Assembly (NCBI GenBank): GCA_030390025.1
Contig: CM059432.1
Span: forward strand, 22,756,001-22,820,000
From: Squalus acanthias
Taxonomy: Eukaryota
DNA: 64,000 nucleotides
Direction of reading: 5' to 3'
The stretch's first letter is position 1; each line of letters opens with the position of its first letter. Positions 22,450 to 35,115 of this stretch are shown piece by piece. The translations under genes were made by a program, and so were the position numbers. Below the pieces are notes generated by a model. That model made no database searches, had not been told where the DNA came from, and worked only from the letters and a program-made list of their open reading frames with translations.

Positions 22450-23450
22450 AAAATTCCATTACAGGAAGTATAAAACCCAAATTGTAGAAAAGATGTAACT
22501 CCATTTTAGAAAGGATATAACCACATTATAGAAAGAATATAACCCCATTGTAGGAATCATATTTGACCAGAAACTTAACTGGACCAGCCACATAAATACT
22601 GTGGCAACAAGAGCAGGTCAGAGGCTGGGTATTCTGTGGCGAGCGTCTCATCTCCTGACTCCCCAAAGCATTTCCACCATCTACAAGGCACAAGTAAGGA
22701 GTGTGAAGGAATATTCTCCACTTGCCTGGATGAGTGTAGCTCCAAAAACACTCAAGAAGCTCGACACCATCCAAGACAAAGCAGCCCGCTTGATTGGCAC
22801 CCCATGCACTACCTTAAACATTCACACCCTCCACCACCGGCGTACCATGGCTGCAGTGTGTACCATCTACAAGATGCACTGCAGCAACTCGCCAAGGCTC
22901 CTTCGGCAGCACCTCCCAAACCCGCGACCTCTACCACCTAGAAGGACAAGGGCAACAGGCGCATGGGAACACCACCACCTCCAAGTTCCCCTCCAAGTCA
23001 CATACGATCCTGACTTGGAAGTATATCGCCGTTCCTTCATCGCCGCTGAGTCAAAATCCTGGAATTCCCTCCCTAACACCACTATGCGAGTACCTTCACC
23101 ACACGGACTGCAGCGGTTTAAGAAGGCGGCTCAGCACCACCTTCTCAAGTGCAACTAGGGATGGGCAATAAATGCTGGCTTTGCCAGCGACACCCACATC
23201 CCAGGAATGAATAAAAAATATATAATCCCATTGTAGGAAGAATATAACCCCATTATAGGAAGACTATTACCCCATTATAGGAAGGATATAATCCTATTAT
23301 AGAAAGGATATACCCACATTGTAGAAAGAATATAACCCCATTATAGAAGGATATAATCCTATTATAGGAAGACTAGAACCCCATTATTGGAAGAATATAA
23401 TTCCATTGTAGGAAGAATATAACTCCATTATGGAAGGATATAATCATAGG
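22450..23450. repeat. Degenerate ~22-bp minisatellite (CCCATTATAGGAAGAATATAAC-like) split by a LINE; further units at ~25462-25548
   Basis: Repeated CCATT(A/G)TAG(G/A)AAG(G/A)ATATAA units at ~22450-22556 and ~23219-23450. Confidence 0.8.
22557..23218 (+). mobile_element. Non-LTR retrotransposon 3' fragment (CR1/L2 superclade, a family distinct from CR1-A/B)
   Basis: IYKAQVRS..EYSPLAW...LDTIQDKAARLI (post-RT region). Tail GGATGGGCAATAAATGCTGGC...GAATGAATAAAAAA. Confidence 0.85.
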
Positions 23451-23737
23451 AAGGAGGTAGCTCTATTACATTAATTTATGTATTTAGGTCTTTCCTCGAC
23501 TTGCTATTCTCGATATTTCAGCCACTGTATTTTAGAATACTCTCATTGATTTATCTTGGCTCATTCCGGTCTTGATAGTATATTAATTCATTCGGACAAG
23601 CACATAAGTTTCTGATAGGGAGCCCAGGATAACAAACAGATTTTTTTTCTGTAAATTGCCATAGCTACTGGATCTATCCTGTCTTTCCACACGACCTTTT
23701 CACATCTTTAAAAAGTGATGAGTATTACAAACTTTTA

Positions 23738-24631
23738 GGGGGAAAAATTCAGTATCGCCCCGTTTGGGGCGCGATTATCGGCCGGGCGCAAAGTTTAGCG
23801 CCTGGCGCTAATTATCGCCTCCGACTGCAAACTTGGCTTTTATCGCCCCTGGGGGTGATTGGAGCACTAAATCAGGCGCTTCACACCTGTCTTAAGGCGC
23901 AAAGGCCGAGGAGCGAGGCGCTACCTCAGAGCGCTGGTGAAGCTCATGTGATGTCAGTCAGCAATGGAACACAGACACAATGGCGCCGGCCAGTTCTTAA
24001 AGGGGAGGGTTGATCTTGCTCTCCATCCACATCCTGCTCATTGCAGCCTTGAATCTCGGCCTGGAGAGACCTGTACATGAAATCTGCTGGAAGGAACAAT
24101 GGAGAGTACCAGGGATAGAGCTCAGCGTGCAGCCCCCACAGTCTCTTCTAAATCGATACAAGGAAGGGCAAATCAAAATTAACCTGCAAAGTGCTGTTCA
24201 GTACCCCAAACTCCTTCACACAGCGTTGAAACTCTCCAGAAGTCTCTCTCTCTCTCTCTCAGAATACGTGGTGCAAAAATGTCACCAACAAAAAAAGGCA
24301 GGAAGCGGTCGCCTTTAATTAGCGCTCCCCCAGACCCTTCCTGACTGCAAAACGCTCCCCTCAACCTGTCGTTGCTAACGGCAGGCAGTAAGACAGGGGG
24401 CGCCACTCAATATCTGGTCCAGGGCGCTACCGGAGCGTTGCACTCTCGACTGACGTCACGATCGACCGGCGCAGGAGATCGTGGCGGTACTGTTTAGCGC
24501 CGCCGGAAAATGTCTAGTTAATTTCGTGAGCGGTGCAAACATCACCGCGTACGGGCGCTAGTTGCTTTGCGCCCCATTAGTGCCCTCCTAAGGCGCTAAA
24601 GGGAGGCGCAAACCAACTGAATTTTTCCCCC
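23738..24631 (+). mobile_element. Non-autonomous PIF/Harbinger element (MITE), 894 bp
   Basis: Perfect 16-bp TIR GGGGGAAAAATTCAGT / ACTGAATTTTTCCCCC with TTA TSD on both sides. Confidence 0.93.
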
Positions 24632-24674
24632 TTAATGTCAAGCAAATTTTATAAAACAGTAGATGAACTAAAAG

Positions 24675-25112
24675 GTATGGCAATGCAGTGGTTATATTAT
24701 TGGACTAGTAACCCAGAGTCCTAGAATAATAATCCAAAGAAAATGAGTTCATATCCCCAAATCCCACCATGGCAGTTTGAAAATTTTAATTCAGTTAAAT
24801 GAAAATATGGAAATTTAAAAAGCTGTTATCGTTAAAAAGTGAGCATGAAGCTGTTGGATAGTCGTAAAAACCTAACTGGTTCACTTAAGTCCTGTAGGGA
24901 AGGAAACCTGCCGTCCTTACCTGGTCTGGTCTATATGTGACTACAGTCCCACACCAATGTGGTTGGCTATTAACTGCCTTTTGAAGTATCCTAGCAAGTC
25001 ACTCAGTTGTATCAAGCAGAAGAAGGCCCACTACCACCTTCTCAGGGCAACAAGGGATGGGCAATAATTGCTGGCATTGCCAGCAACATTTACAGTGAAA
25101 ATGAATTAAAAA
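24675..25112 (+). mobile_element. tRNA-derived SINE with LINE-derived 3' tail
   Basis: A-box-like head GGCAATGCAGTGGTTAT and a 3' end matching the LINE tail at 23130-23218. Other copies at 48633-49032 and 55097-56200. Confidence 0.75.
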
Positions 25113-25554
25113 ACTATATAATATATATGTCTATAGTAAATATTATAACCAACTCCATGAAAGAAAATAAATGAATGCAATCTCTATTTTAAGCTAATAT
25201 TGTGCAGTTATCCTTTATTTGCACAGCTATTCTTTTCTTCAACCTACTCAAACATGGACCTGCGAGTTATATATAAATATATAACTTAACCAGTCACACA
25301 GCATATTTGCCCAGCAATAACCAAATAAAGCTTCAGAACATTTATATTGAGTTAGTTTGGGAATATGATTCTGGCTGCAGTTGGTTCTTAAGCTCCTTCT
25401 GTATCGTGACTGGATTAAAAGTGCCACCACTGGACAAAAAATGCTTAATTTGTGTTACAGCACCCATTATAAGAAGTATTTAACCCACTTTTGCGAAAGG
25501 ATGTGATCCCATTAAAAGAAGGATGCAAACCCATTATAGAAGGATATAAAAATA

Positions 25555-26490
25555 ATGAAAATGTAGATTCATTAGAATGTTACCAGAGATGAGGGATTAC
25601 AATTATGAAGAGAGACTTGTGAAGTTGGGGCTTTTTCACAAGAGCTGAGAAGAAGATAAAAACTGGAGTTGGCCATTCAGTCCCTCAAGCCTGTTCCCCC
25701 ATTCAGTTACATCATGGCTGACCTGTACCTTAACTCTATTTACCCACCTTTATTCTGTATCCCTTGATACACTTACCCAACAAAAATCTAACAACCTCAG
25801 TTTTGAAAAAATCACTTGACCCAGCATCCACAGCCTTTTGGGGGAGCGAGTTCCAAATTTCCACTGCCCTTTGTGTGAAAAAGTAGATCCTGATTTCACT
25901 CCTAAATGGTCTCGCTCTCATTTGTAGATTCTGCCCTCTTGTTCTGGATTCTCCCACCAGAGGAAATAGTTTTTCTGTATTTACCCTATCGAATCTCTTA
26001 AGGGGTAACCAGGCTGAGGTCTTCAAGATGATAAAGGGTTATAAGAACATAAGAACATAAGAATTAGAAGCAGGAGTAGGCCATACGGCCCCTCGAGCCT
26101 GCTTCGCCATTCAATAAGATCATGGCTGATAGTCGACCTCAACTCCACTTTCCCACCCGATCCCCATATCCCTTATGATACAGTAAATAGTGATAAATTG
26201 TCAGTATCGAGAGGGTACAAATTTAAGATAATCATATAAAGAATTCAAGGGAAAATAAGAAAACATTCCTAACAGGTGGTTGGAATATGGACTTTTCTGT
26301 CACAAATCATTGCTGAAGCAGAGTGCTTCTTTTTAAGCACGGAATTAAATAGTTACTTAAAAAGAGGAATTATAAAGGGAGTAGGCAGAATATTGGGGTT
26401 AGACTAGGTGGTTCATGTGGAGAAAAACACTGACACAGACGTGTTAAGATGAATAGTCTGTTTCTGTGCTGTACCATTCCATGGTTTCAT
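25555..26490. mobile_element. Cluster of nested CR1 3' fragments: a plus-strand copy interrupted by minus-strand copies at ~25660-26000 and ~26043-26175
   Basis: FFTQRAVEIWNSLPQKAV motif and (TTCTTATG)n tails. Confidence 0.75.
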
Positions 26491-27436
26491 GCAAATGTGA
26501 TGAACCCACAGACAAAGTGAAATATCCGCATAGAAAGCTGCCTCACAAGGTAATAGTCACACTTCATTCAACACCACGGGCTGGTGGTTTCAGTTTCCAA
26601 GGCCGCCGGTCACATCAATCAGCCAGCCAAATGGGGGCAGTTTGTAGTTCTACTCTAGACAATCCCAATGCAAGTCAAACCTCAGCCACTGTTGAAACAC
26701 TGTCATGAAAACTGCTAAGTGTGCTGAAATACATATTTTAGAGGCTTTACACCACTTGTAAATAAAATACCAATGATGCAGAGTTTACAAGAGAGTGGCC
26801 TTCATATCATTGTAATAGTCACAGGGATTTGTGACTGGTTGGCAAGGTGCAAAAGTTGCATAATTCAAACACAAAAATATAATTTAAATAGAGGTGGAAT
26901 TCCCTTCTATACTTAATCACCTCTAAAGGCTGCAGAGAGGTCAAGGAGGACAAGGAGGAATCGTGCACCATTGTTACAGTCACAGAGGATGCCATTTGTG
27001 ACTTTTACTTACTGTGTCCTTTAAATCAACTACTGGTAGCCCTAGACTCCCAAGTTACATGCATGCAAAAAAACATAAGTGAAATGCATAACTTCCTTGC
27101 CCTCAAATTAATATGTAAATTCAATTCACATGTATTTGAACCAGGTGCTACCACCATCAGTGTTACCTGCCATTGCAAAATTACATGTGATGCAAAGTGT
27201 TGGAGATTTGGTGCAATGGGACTTTGCCCAATTATCAGATTGAGTCCCTTTAGATTTATGCCTGCAAATCAGGTGGACTTTTTCCAAAACTCAAGGCTCT
27301 ACTGTTAACATCGTTAGTTGTTGCACAGCAACATAAGGAATAGAGCAACTTCTAAACTGCCCAATAATGTGCCTCATCCCCAACTTCAGAAGAGAAACCT
27401 ATACACTTCCTGTGTGACATTTTTCTATTTCCCACA

Positions 27437-28500
27437 TTAGGAACATAGGAATAGGAATAGGCCATTCAGCCCCTCGAGCATGCTCAGCCATTCAATTAGA
27501 TCATGGCTGATCTGTACCTTAACTCCATTTACCCACCATGGTTCCATGTCCCTTAATACTGTTACCTAACATGTATCAGCTGTGGCTCAGTTGGTAGCAC
27601 ACTTGCCTCTGAGCCAGAAGATTGTGGGTTCAAAGCCCCACTCCAGGGACTTGAGGACATAAATCTAGGCTAACACTCCAGTGCAGTGTTGAGGGAGTGC
27701 TGTACTGTTGGAGGTGCCGTCTTTCGGATGAGACGTTCTCACAGGTGGACGTAAAAGATCCCATGGCACTATTTCGAAGAAGAGCAGGGGAGTTATCCCT
27801 CAACCAACATAACAGAAACAGATTATCTGGTCATTATCACATTGCTGTTTGTGGGAGCTTGCTGTGTGCAAATTGACTGCCACGTTTCCCACATTACAAC
27901 AGTGACTACACTTCAAAAAGTACTCCATTGGCTGTAAAGCACTTTGAGACATCTGGTGGTTCTGAATGGCGCTATATAACTGCACGTCTTTCTTTCTAAC
28001 AAGAATATATTAATCTCAGTTCTGAAATTTTCAACAGACCTAGACTCAACAGCTTTTTGGGGGAGAGAGTGCAGATTTCCACTACACTTTGCATGAAGAA
28101 GTGCTTCCTGATGTCACCCCTGAATCACTAGAGTCTAGCTCTAATTTTAAGGTTATACCCCCTTGTTCTGGACTCCCCGCCAGAGGAAACAGTTTCTCTT
28201 TATCTACCCTATCGTATCCTATCCTTTAATCATCTTAAACACGTCAATTAGATCACCCCTTAATCTTCTATAGTGGAGGGAGTACAAGCCTAGTCGATGC
28301 GACCTGTCCTCATAATTTAACCCTCTAAGCCCTGGTATCATTCCGCTGAATCCGCGCTGCACCGCCTCCAAGGCCAATATATTCTTCTTGAGGTGCGGTG
28401 CCCAGAACTGAACGCAATACTCTAGAAGCGGTCTAAGCAGAGTTCTATCCAACAGTGGCATAACTTCCACCCCTTTGTATTCCAGCCCCCTTGAGTTGAA
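27437..28500 (-). mobile_element. CR1 3' fragment interrupted by a Deu-SINE
   Basis: LLRPLLEYCVQFWAPH...RRLRGDLI motif and tail at 27437. Confidence 0.85.
27572..27995 (+). mobile_element. tRNA-headed Deu-domain SINE (SacSINE1/AmnSINE1-related)
   Basis: A box TGGCTCAGTTGG, B-box-like GGTTCAAAGCC, core GGAGGTGCCGTCTTTCGGATGAGACGTT...GATCCCATGGCACTATTTCGAAGAAGAGCAGGG, and CTAACA direct repeat at both ends. Confidence 0.85.
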
Positions 28501-28527
28501 GGTTATCTTGTCATCCTATGGACTGTT

Positions 28528-28660
28528 GGGGCAATTCTAACTTTAGGCGATGGTGTACAATGGGCAAAGTCAATGGAAAAGAAAATTGGCCGGAGTGTAT
28601 AATGGGCGGCCGATTCAATTTTGGCCATTTTACACCATCACCGAAAGTTAAAAGTGCCCC
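28528..28660. mobile_element. Small palindromic MITE (133 bp)
   Basis: GGGGCAATTCTAACTTTAGGCGATGGTGTACAATGG at the left pairs imperfectly with CCATTTTACACCATCACCGAAAGTTAAAAGTGCCCC at the right. Confidence 0.65.
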
Positions 28661-30484
28661 GCTCTGAGTGAGATTCCCAATCGGTGATGATTTAATGGAA
28701 CTTCTGGACTGTAATCCGAAGCCCACTAGAAATAGAATTGAGACTGCCCAAGCTCTTTTCACTTGGAACCTTTATGCAGCAGACAGAATGAGACTTTCAT
28801 TCCAGTTTGGGCTGGATTTTCAAGGCAGAAGTCACAAAGGGAGTAAGGTTCTCCATGCAAATACCTCCTCCCCAGGTGTACTTTTCCTTTAAATATATAC
28901 CTTGGACCAATTAATTTATTAAAAAAGGCAGTAGGAAGTCAGTGGCACACTCACGAGCAGAGGGCACGTCACCAAATGTGCATCTTTGTTACAATTCTCT
29001 CAGAGCCAGTTCAAACTTTGCATAGCATTAACCTTTCCTTTCGCAATCTGTGGTATGGAAACATCTGTGTAGCACAGTAGTCAATCTGGTGCAGATTAAA
29101 GAAAAACAATTGCGGTATTTGTCAGGCGGGCCTCAGCTGTGGCCGACTGCAGATTTGCCATTCTGTTCCTCGCCTTCCCCACAGAGCTGAAAGAAAGGCA
29201 AAGATTTGCATAAATTTCTTGCGATTGTGCGTCTCTGGAAGGGATCGCTGGAAGGGAATTGCATTTAAGTTATCTATTTCAAATGTCAGCCGCAATTTGT
29301 TTGCAATGTTTCTGCCAGCCGTGGCAGTGATGTCTTCAGACTGTTTTCCCTCCTGCCCCTCAAAGTCATCTAAATGTCAGGATGCCGGTCTCGCACAGCG
29401 CTGTTTTCTCGTGAATTCATTAAGGTGGTCGGCAGTGTAACATTTGAACTCCTTATTGCTTTTTCCTAAGACCTCTTCATAAAAAAAATGTCATTTTTTG
29501 TTGTTGTCGCTTTTGTTTAATAAAAGCCTTCGCATCTCACGAGGAGAGAAAGGGCATGCACCCAGCTTTTTTGCAGCAGCAGTCTTTCCGTGCTGTGCAC
29601 TTTCTGCATTGGGAAATAACAGAAAAGAAAAAAAAAACAAAAGCAATATTTGAAATCAATGAGACGTGCAGATTTTAGGATGACAACTGCAAAGAGCAAA
29701 GAATGCAGATCTTTACCTGTTTGTAGTCAAATCTTATTAATGCATACTGAGGCCTCCTTCGATATTTTATACTCGGCACTGAGGGCCTGTTGTCCAAGGA
29801 TTCTTCTTCTGAAGCTTACTAACTCACACAGTAAAGTGGCCCCATGCAAAAGTGGTTTGTCTGCTGTCAGGATCAATATTGGTGGCATTTTGCTGGCTAT
29901 GCAAAATAATGAAAAGAGAAATAGTCGAGAAAGGTTATCTTGACAAAAGGTTTAGCCCACAGATGAATGAGTTACTGTCAGTTTTGATGTGGTGCAGGGT
30001 CAGATTGCAGTCTTTGTGTTTGATTTGACCAGGAATATAGCAAGTATAATCAACAGGACTTGGAAAGAAGTTATTAAATCAAAGACGAAGAAAGAACATC
30101 CATCCATATGGGTCCTGAATTTGTGGTCGGAGGCTTCTCGCGAGCGGATGCCTCCGAACCGCAATAAAACTACGCACCTACCTGATGGTCCTGGAGCCAC
30201 GGAGACTCGCGCTCCTGGGCCTCCACGCGTACACATGTGTAGAGGCCCACATCTACCAGGGGCGCAGGTGGTTCGCAAGTGTCCCTGGGATCACGTGGGC
30301 CGGCCCAACCAATCAGAAAGGGGATTCCCATTAGGCTTATGGGGATTCCATTTACGTAGGGAATCCCCATAAGCATAATAGGAATCATCCAAAAAATACA
30401 TGTACACAACACTGAAATAAAAAAATAATCATTACATGTTTAAATTTCATTAAAATACAGTTTAACTAAACATTTTAAACAAAA

Positions 30485-31405
30485 ATGCAGCAAGGCCAGG
30501 GGGAAAGGGTGGCTCGGGAGCCAGCTCCCCGGAGGGCAAGTTCGTGCGCGAGTTCTGCTACACAAGACTCGGATGAGGACCTCGATGGGGAGGCGGTCAC
30601 AAGAAGGGTGATGGGCATGCACTCCGAGATGATAGGTGCAATGGCAAGGGTGCCCGAGAGCCTCTCAGCAATGGTAAGGAGCGTGGAGAAGTCCACCTCC
30701 AACATTGCACAGAGTTCTGTGCACACCATGCAGCCCATCATTTCCACTCTGCAGAGGATAGTGGACTCCCAGAGAAACCATAGGAATCCAGACCTGATGA
30801 CGCGCGTCATGGGCGATGTGGCAGCTTCCATTGCAGCACAGGCGGAAGCGACGCAACGTCTTAGTGCTGTAATGCAGTCAATGGTTGGTGGCATCGAGTC
30901 TCAGACTGCTCTCATGCATTCTCAGCTTGATGCCACGCAAGCTCTGACTGCTGCCATCGTCGCTATGTCCACCACAGTCCACCGGGGATCTCACGGTGTC
31001 GCAGCAGGTCAGCAATCTGTGCTCCAACAGATTGCTAGGGATGCTGAGGTGCTACCCCGGGTGAGTGGCAGTGGGTCAGTGGAGCAGGAACCTGCCGTCC
31101 TCTCTCAGGATGACAGCATTCTTGATCCCACCACTGCCACTCCGCCATTGCACTTGTCGCTGCCTGTCATCCAGCCAGCCCATACCGCTGCCACCCATCC
31201 TGAGGTGGCGAAGTGTACAGCCGGCCCTTCCAGGTCCAGAGCTGGTCAAGGGCATCCTGCAAGGCCATCTGTAGTTTCTGGCACTGACACTCAGCAGCTT
31301 TCCACCAGCCCTGCTGCAGCTACTGGGGAGACACTAAGTAGGAGCAGCAGATTAGGAAAAGGCACTGTAAAGAGGGGAAGTAAGGGTTTGCACAAGGGTG
31401 ATTAG
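30485..31405 (+). pseudogene. Harbinger second protein (Myb/SANT partner), C-terminal coiled-coil/low-complexity exon only; 306-codon open frame
   Basis: Position and orientation relative to the transposase, and similar composition to the partner ORF at 57914-58372. No Myb domain seen. Confidence 0.65.
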
Positions 31406-31569
31406 TTATTATTGTTGTTGTATATATGTGCTTAGTGATTTTGGATAAATTTATTATTGGAATGTTGCAGAAATGGTGCTGTGTCTCATTTCAGCTTTGG
31501 GGTGTGGCATGGAATGAGAAATTGATGGATTGATGGGGACGCGCTGAGCAACTGGGAAGTGGCCTCGAA

Positions 31570-32792
31570 TTCATTGGAACCGAAGTCTGATGAGGCGGTC
31601 ACGGACCACCCTTCCACAAGGCCAATGGAGTGGCGGGTTCCTCCGTCACTGCTGTTTGTGCTCTGTTCCTCCTCCTCCTCCTCCTCCGCCTCATCCTCCT
31701 CCTCATCTCGTCCTCCTCGTCTCCCATTTCCTCCTGATGAGGTGGTGCGGCTATGCCTGGTGGCAATGGCTGCGCCCTTATGACAGCCACGTTGAGCAGC
31801 ATGTAGCAGACGACGACGAAAAGGGACACCCGCTCAGCCGAGTACTGGAGGGCTCCTCCCAAATGGTCAAGGCAGCGGAAACGTTGTTTGAGCACTCCGA
31901 TGTTCTGCTTGATGATGGTCCTGGTGGCAGCATGTCTCTCATTGTATGAGTGCTGGGCACGAGTGTTGGGGTTGTGGAGCAGAGTCATGAGCCAGGTGGA
32001 GAGCGGCTAGCCCTTGTCTCCCAGCAGCCAGCCGGGAGCTTGATGTGGTGGCTGGAACAGAGCTGGCACACCGGTCTGGCGCAGGATGAAGGCATCGTGG
32101 CTGCTGCCAGGATAGCAGGCACTGACGGTGAGGATTCACTGTGTGTGGTCGCACACCAACTGCACATTAAGTGAGTGTTAGCCTTTGTGGTTATGGAATA
32201 CTTCAGAATTATTATGCGGTGCCTGCAAAGCAACATGGGTGCAGTCAATGGTGCCCTGCACCATGGGGAAGCCCGCTATCCTGGCAAAGCCACATGCATG
32301 CTTGCGCTGCTTCTCTCTGGTCATGGAGAAGGAAATGCAGTCCCTTCTCCTTCTGTACAGAGCATCTGTGACCTCACGGATGCAGCAATGGACGGTGAAC
32401 TGCCATATGTTAGATATGTCTCCTGCTGCACACTGGAAAGATCCACTGGAGTAGAAATTGAGGGCGACGGTGACCTTGACTGCCACTGAGAGAGACGTGG
32501 TGCTCCTGATGTGAGGCTCGAGGTCTGGCTGCAGGAGGTGGCAGAGCTCTGTGACCACTTCCTTGGTGAAGCGGAACCTTCTCAGACACTGTTCCTCAGT
32601 GAAATTGATGTAGGAGAAATGCTGCCAGAATACCCTGGGTGGGTAAGACCTCCTGTTGAGAGCCCTGTTGACCCTCCTCCCTCTGGCCACATTTTGCAAT
32701 CTTTCTCTCTGCCTCTGCTGCCTCCGACATTGACACTGGAGGGCGAGGTCCAGTGCCAGTACAGCCCCCATTATAGTATGGAAATGTTGCAT
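31570..32792 (-). pseudogene. Harbinger transposase (DDE_Tnp_4/HARBI1-like), frameshifted
   Basis: CLRRFRFTKE, KVTVALNFYSSGSFQ, GFPMVQGTIDCTHV, HAATRTIIKQNIGVLKQRFRCLD. Confidence 0.92.
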
Positions 32793-34169
32793 TTTAAAAT
32801 CTCACCTAACTGAAACTGAATAATTTTTCTGAGGCAGAAGACTCCTTCAAGTGAAAAACGCTGAAATCGCTCAAAACGCCTGTATGCCTATATCAAACTG
32901 ATAAGGCAGCATTCTTTGCCAACTAATAATGAACCGGATGTTGACGCCGTTATATAGCGCTCCTCCAGCACTCATCCGACTGCAAACCACCTCCTCTACC
33001 TGTCGTTGCTAACGGCAGGCACTCAGGCAGGGGGCGAGAGTGAATTTCTGAGCCAGGGCGCTACCGGGGCACTGCGCAGCCGGATGACATCACAATCTCC
33101 AAGTGCAGGAGAGCGTGGCGCTAGTGGTTAACGCCGCCGCAAAACTCCACGTCTATTTCGCGGGCGTCAGTAATATCGCCACGCCCGGTCGCAAAGCCGG
33201 TAGCGCCTTGTTACTGAATTTTCCCCCTTTTTAACACACCAACAGCCTTTGATAAAGACTGAAGAGGCAGGGGACTAAGAAATGGCAGTCTAAAATGAAG
33301 GGAAAAGAAAGCCTCTGCAGATATGTGTCGACAAACAAGTAATGGAGCAGCCTAGCACTTGACGTTCTATTTGATCGCTGCTGAAGTCAAGGTTGTTCTG
33401 TATAAGCTGCTCATGAGGAGGGGTCATCTATGCCACTCCACGGCATCATCTCATAGGTCAGCAATGCAGCATGCCTACAAGGAGCTTTGGCCAAGTTGCA
33501 GGCCACAGCTGTTCCTGTGTATAAGTCTTCTGCTACATGGTAGATGCAGATATACTTACAGAAGATGACACATCACAGCATCTTCCTCTCTGCTGATCCA
33601 GACCCTGAGAAGACCAGCCCCAATGGTCATTTGCAGGTAGGTTTTGACATGATTGGTGGCATCTTGGTGGATGTTGCTAAGTGGGAAATGCTGGCATTGC
33701 CTTCTTTCATGCAGTGCTATGTAAAGCCTGACGTGCTGTAATTTGGGTGCTTCTGAAGAAGCTTCCAGCATACAGGTTAGGAAAGCATATTAATGTCACT
33801 GGAGGTCTGCTGACAAATTCCCCTTTGAGAAGATGAGACTCCACCAACACAAGCATCTGCCAAAGCAAGATATATCATTTTTCTATGCCGATTTGGGCTT
33901 CTGGGTGCTGGTAGGAGGCAACAGAGTGCCTCTTAGGCAGCCCTCCTCTTCCTCTGAACACTAGAAGACGCACATTAGGAAAGCTACTGGTGTCAAGAAA
34001 GAGAGCTGGGGCCAGAATAAATAATTAATGACAACTGGTTTAAAATCCAACAGTAAAAATATATTTTTTTTAAATGCAAGGTCTTAAAAGGCCTAAAGCA
34101 CTTACCTAAAAAAATGTGGGCCGTTTAAAGATCCTCCCACCTGCAAGTCATCTATGGCTTCCTTCCTGC

Positions 34170-35115
34170 TTGATATATATCAATGACTCAGACTTAGGTG
34201 TATAGGGCCCAATTTCAAAATTTGCAGATGACACTAAACTTGGGAGTATAGCGAACAGTGAGGAGGATAGTGATAGACTTCAAGAGGACAGAGACAGGCT
34301 GGTGAAATGGGCGGACACGTGACAGATGAAATTTTACGCAGAAAAGTGCGAAGTCATACATTTTGGCAGAAAGAGCAAGGAGAGGCAATATAAACTAAAG
34401 GGTACAATTCTAAAGTGGGTGCATGAACAGTGAGACCTGAGGGTATATGTGCACAAATCGTTGAAGGTGGCAGGGCAGGTTGAGAATATGGGATCCTTGG
34501 CTTCATAATTAGAGGCATAGAGTACAAAAGCAAGGAAGTTATTATGAGCCTTTATAAAACACTGGTTCGGCCTCAACTGGATTATTATGTCCAATTCTGG
34601 GCACTGCACTTTAGAAAGGATGTGAAGGCCTTAGAGAGGGTGCAGAAAAGATTTACGAGAATGGTTCCAGGGATGAGGGACTTCAGTTACGTGGATAGAC
34701 TGGAGAAGCTGGGGTTGTTCTCCTTGGAGCACAGAAGGTTGAGGGGAGATTTGATAGAGGTGTTCAAAATCATGAGGGCTCTGGACACAGTAGATAAAGA
34801 GAAACTGTTCCCATTGGCGGAAGGGTCGAGAACTAGAGGACACAGAATTAAGATAATTGTCAATAGAACCAAAGGAGACATGAGGAAAAACTATTTTACG
34901 CAGCAAGTGGTTATGATCTGGAATGCACTGCCTGAAAGGGTGGTGGAGGTAGACTCAATCGTGGCTTTCAAAAGGGAATTGGATAAGTACCTGAAGGAAA
35001 AGAAAATTCAGGGCTACGGGGAAAGGCTGGGGGAGTGGAACCAACTGAAGAGCTCTTGCAGAGAGCCGGCACAGGCTCGATGGGCTGAATGGCCTCCTTC
35101 TGTGCTGTAACCATT
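34170..35115 (+). mobile_element. CR1 (HER1-like) 3' fragment
   Basis: FADD region, LVRPQLDYYVQFW, tail GGCCTCCTTCTGTGCTGTAACCATT. Confidence 0.88.

Larger units (their letters stand above)
30110..33227. mobile_element. PIF/Harbinger transposon with convergent partner ORF and transposase; the two termini belong to different families
   Basis: Partner ORF (+) 30485-31405 and transposase (-) 32792 to ~31570. Right end ACTGAATTTTCCCCC resembles the 23738 MITE, left end resembles 60255-60466. Confidence 0.85.

Noticed and set aside
23219..23450. CRISPR-like repeat array
   Set aside because: Degenerate head-to-tail units with no unique spacers, in eukaryotic DNA.
24010..24318. ~102-aa ORF shared by both MITE copies (also 38450-38764)
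   Set aside because: Non-ATG start, spans a CT microsatellite, no domain. Similarity is explained by recent copying.
27572..27650. tRNA gene
   Set aside because: The A/B boxes are the head of a SINE. No complete cloverleaf.
31570..32792. Host HARBI1 gene
   Set aside because: Frameshifted, multi-copy in the window, and associated with a TIR and partner ORF.
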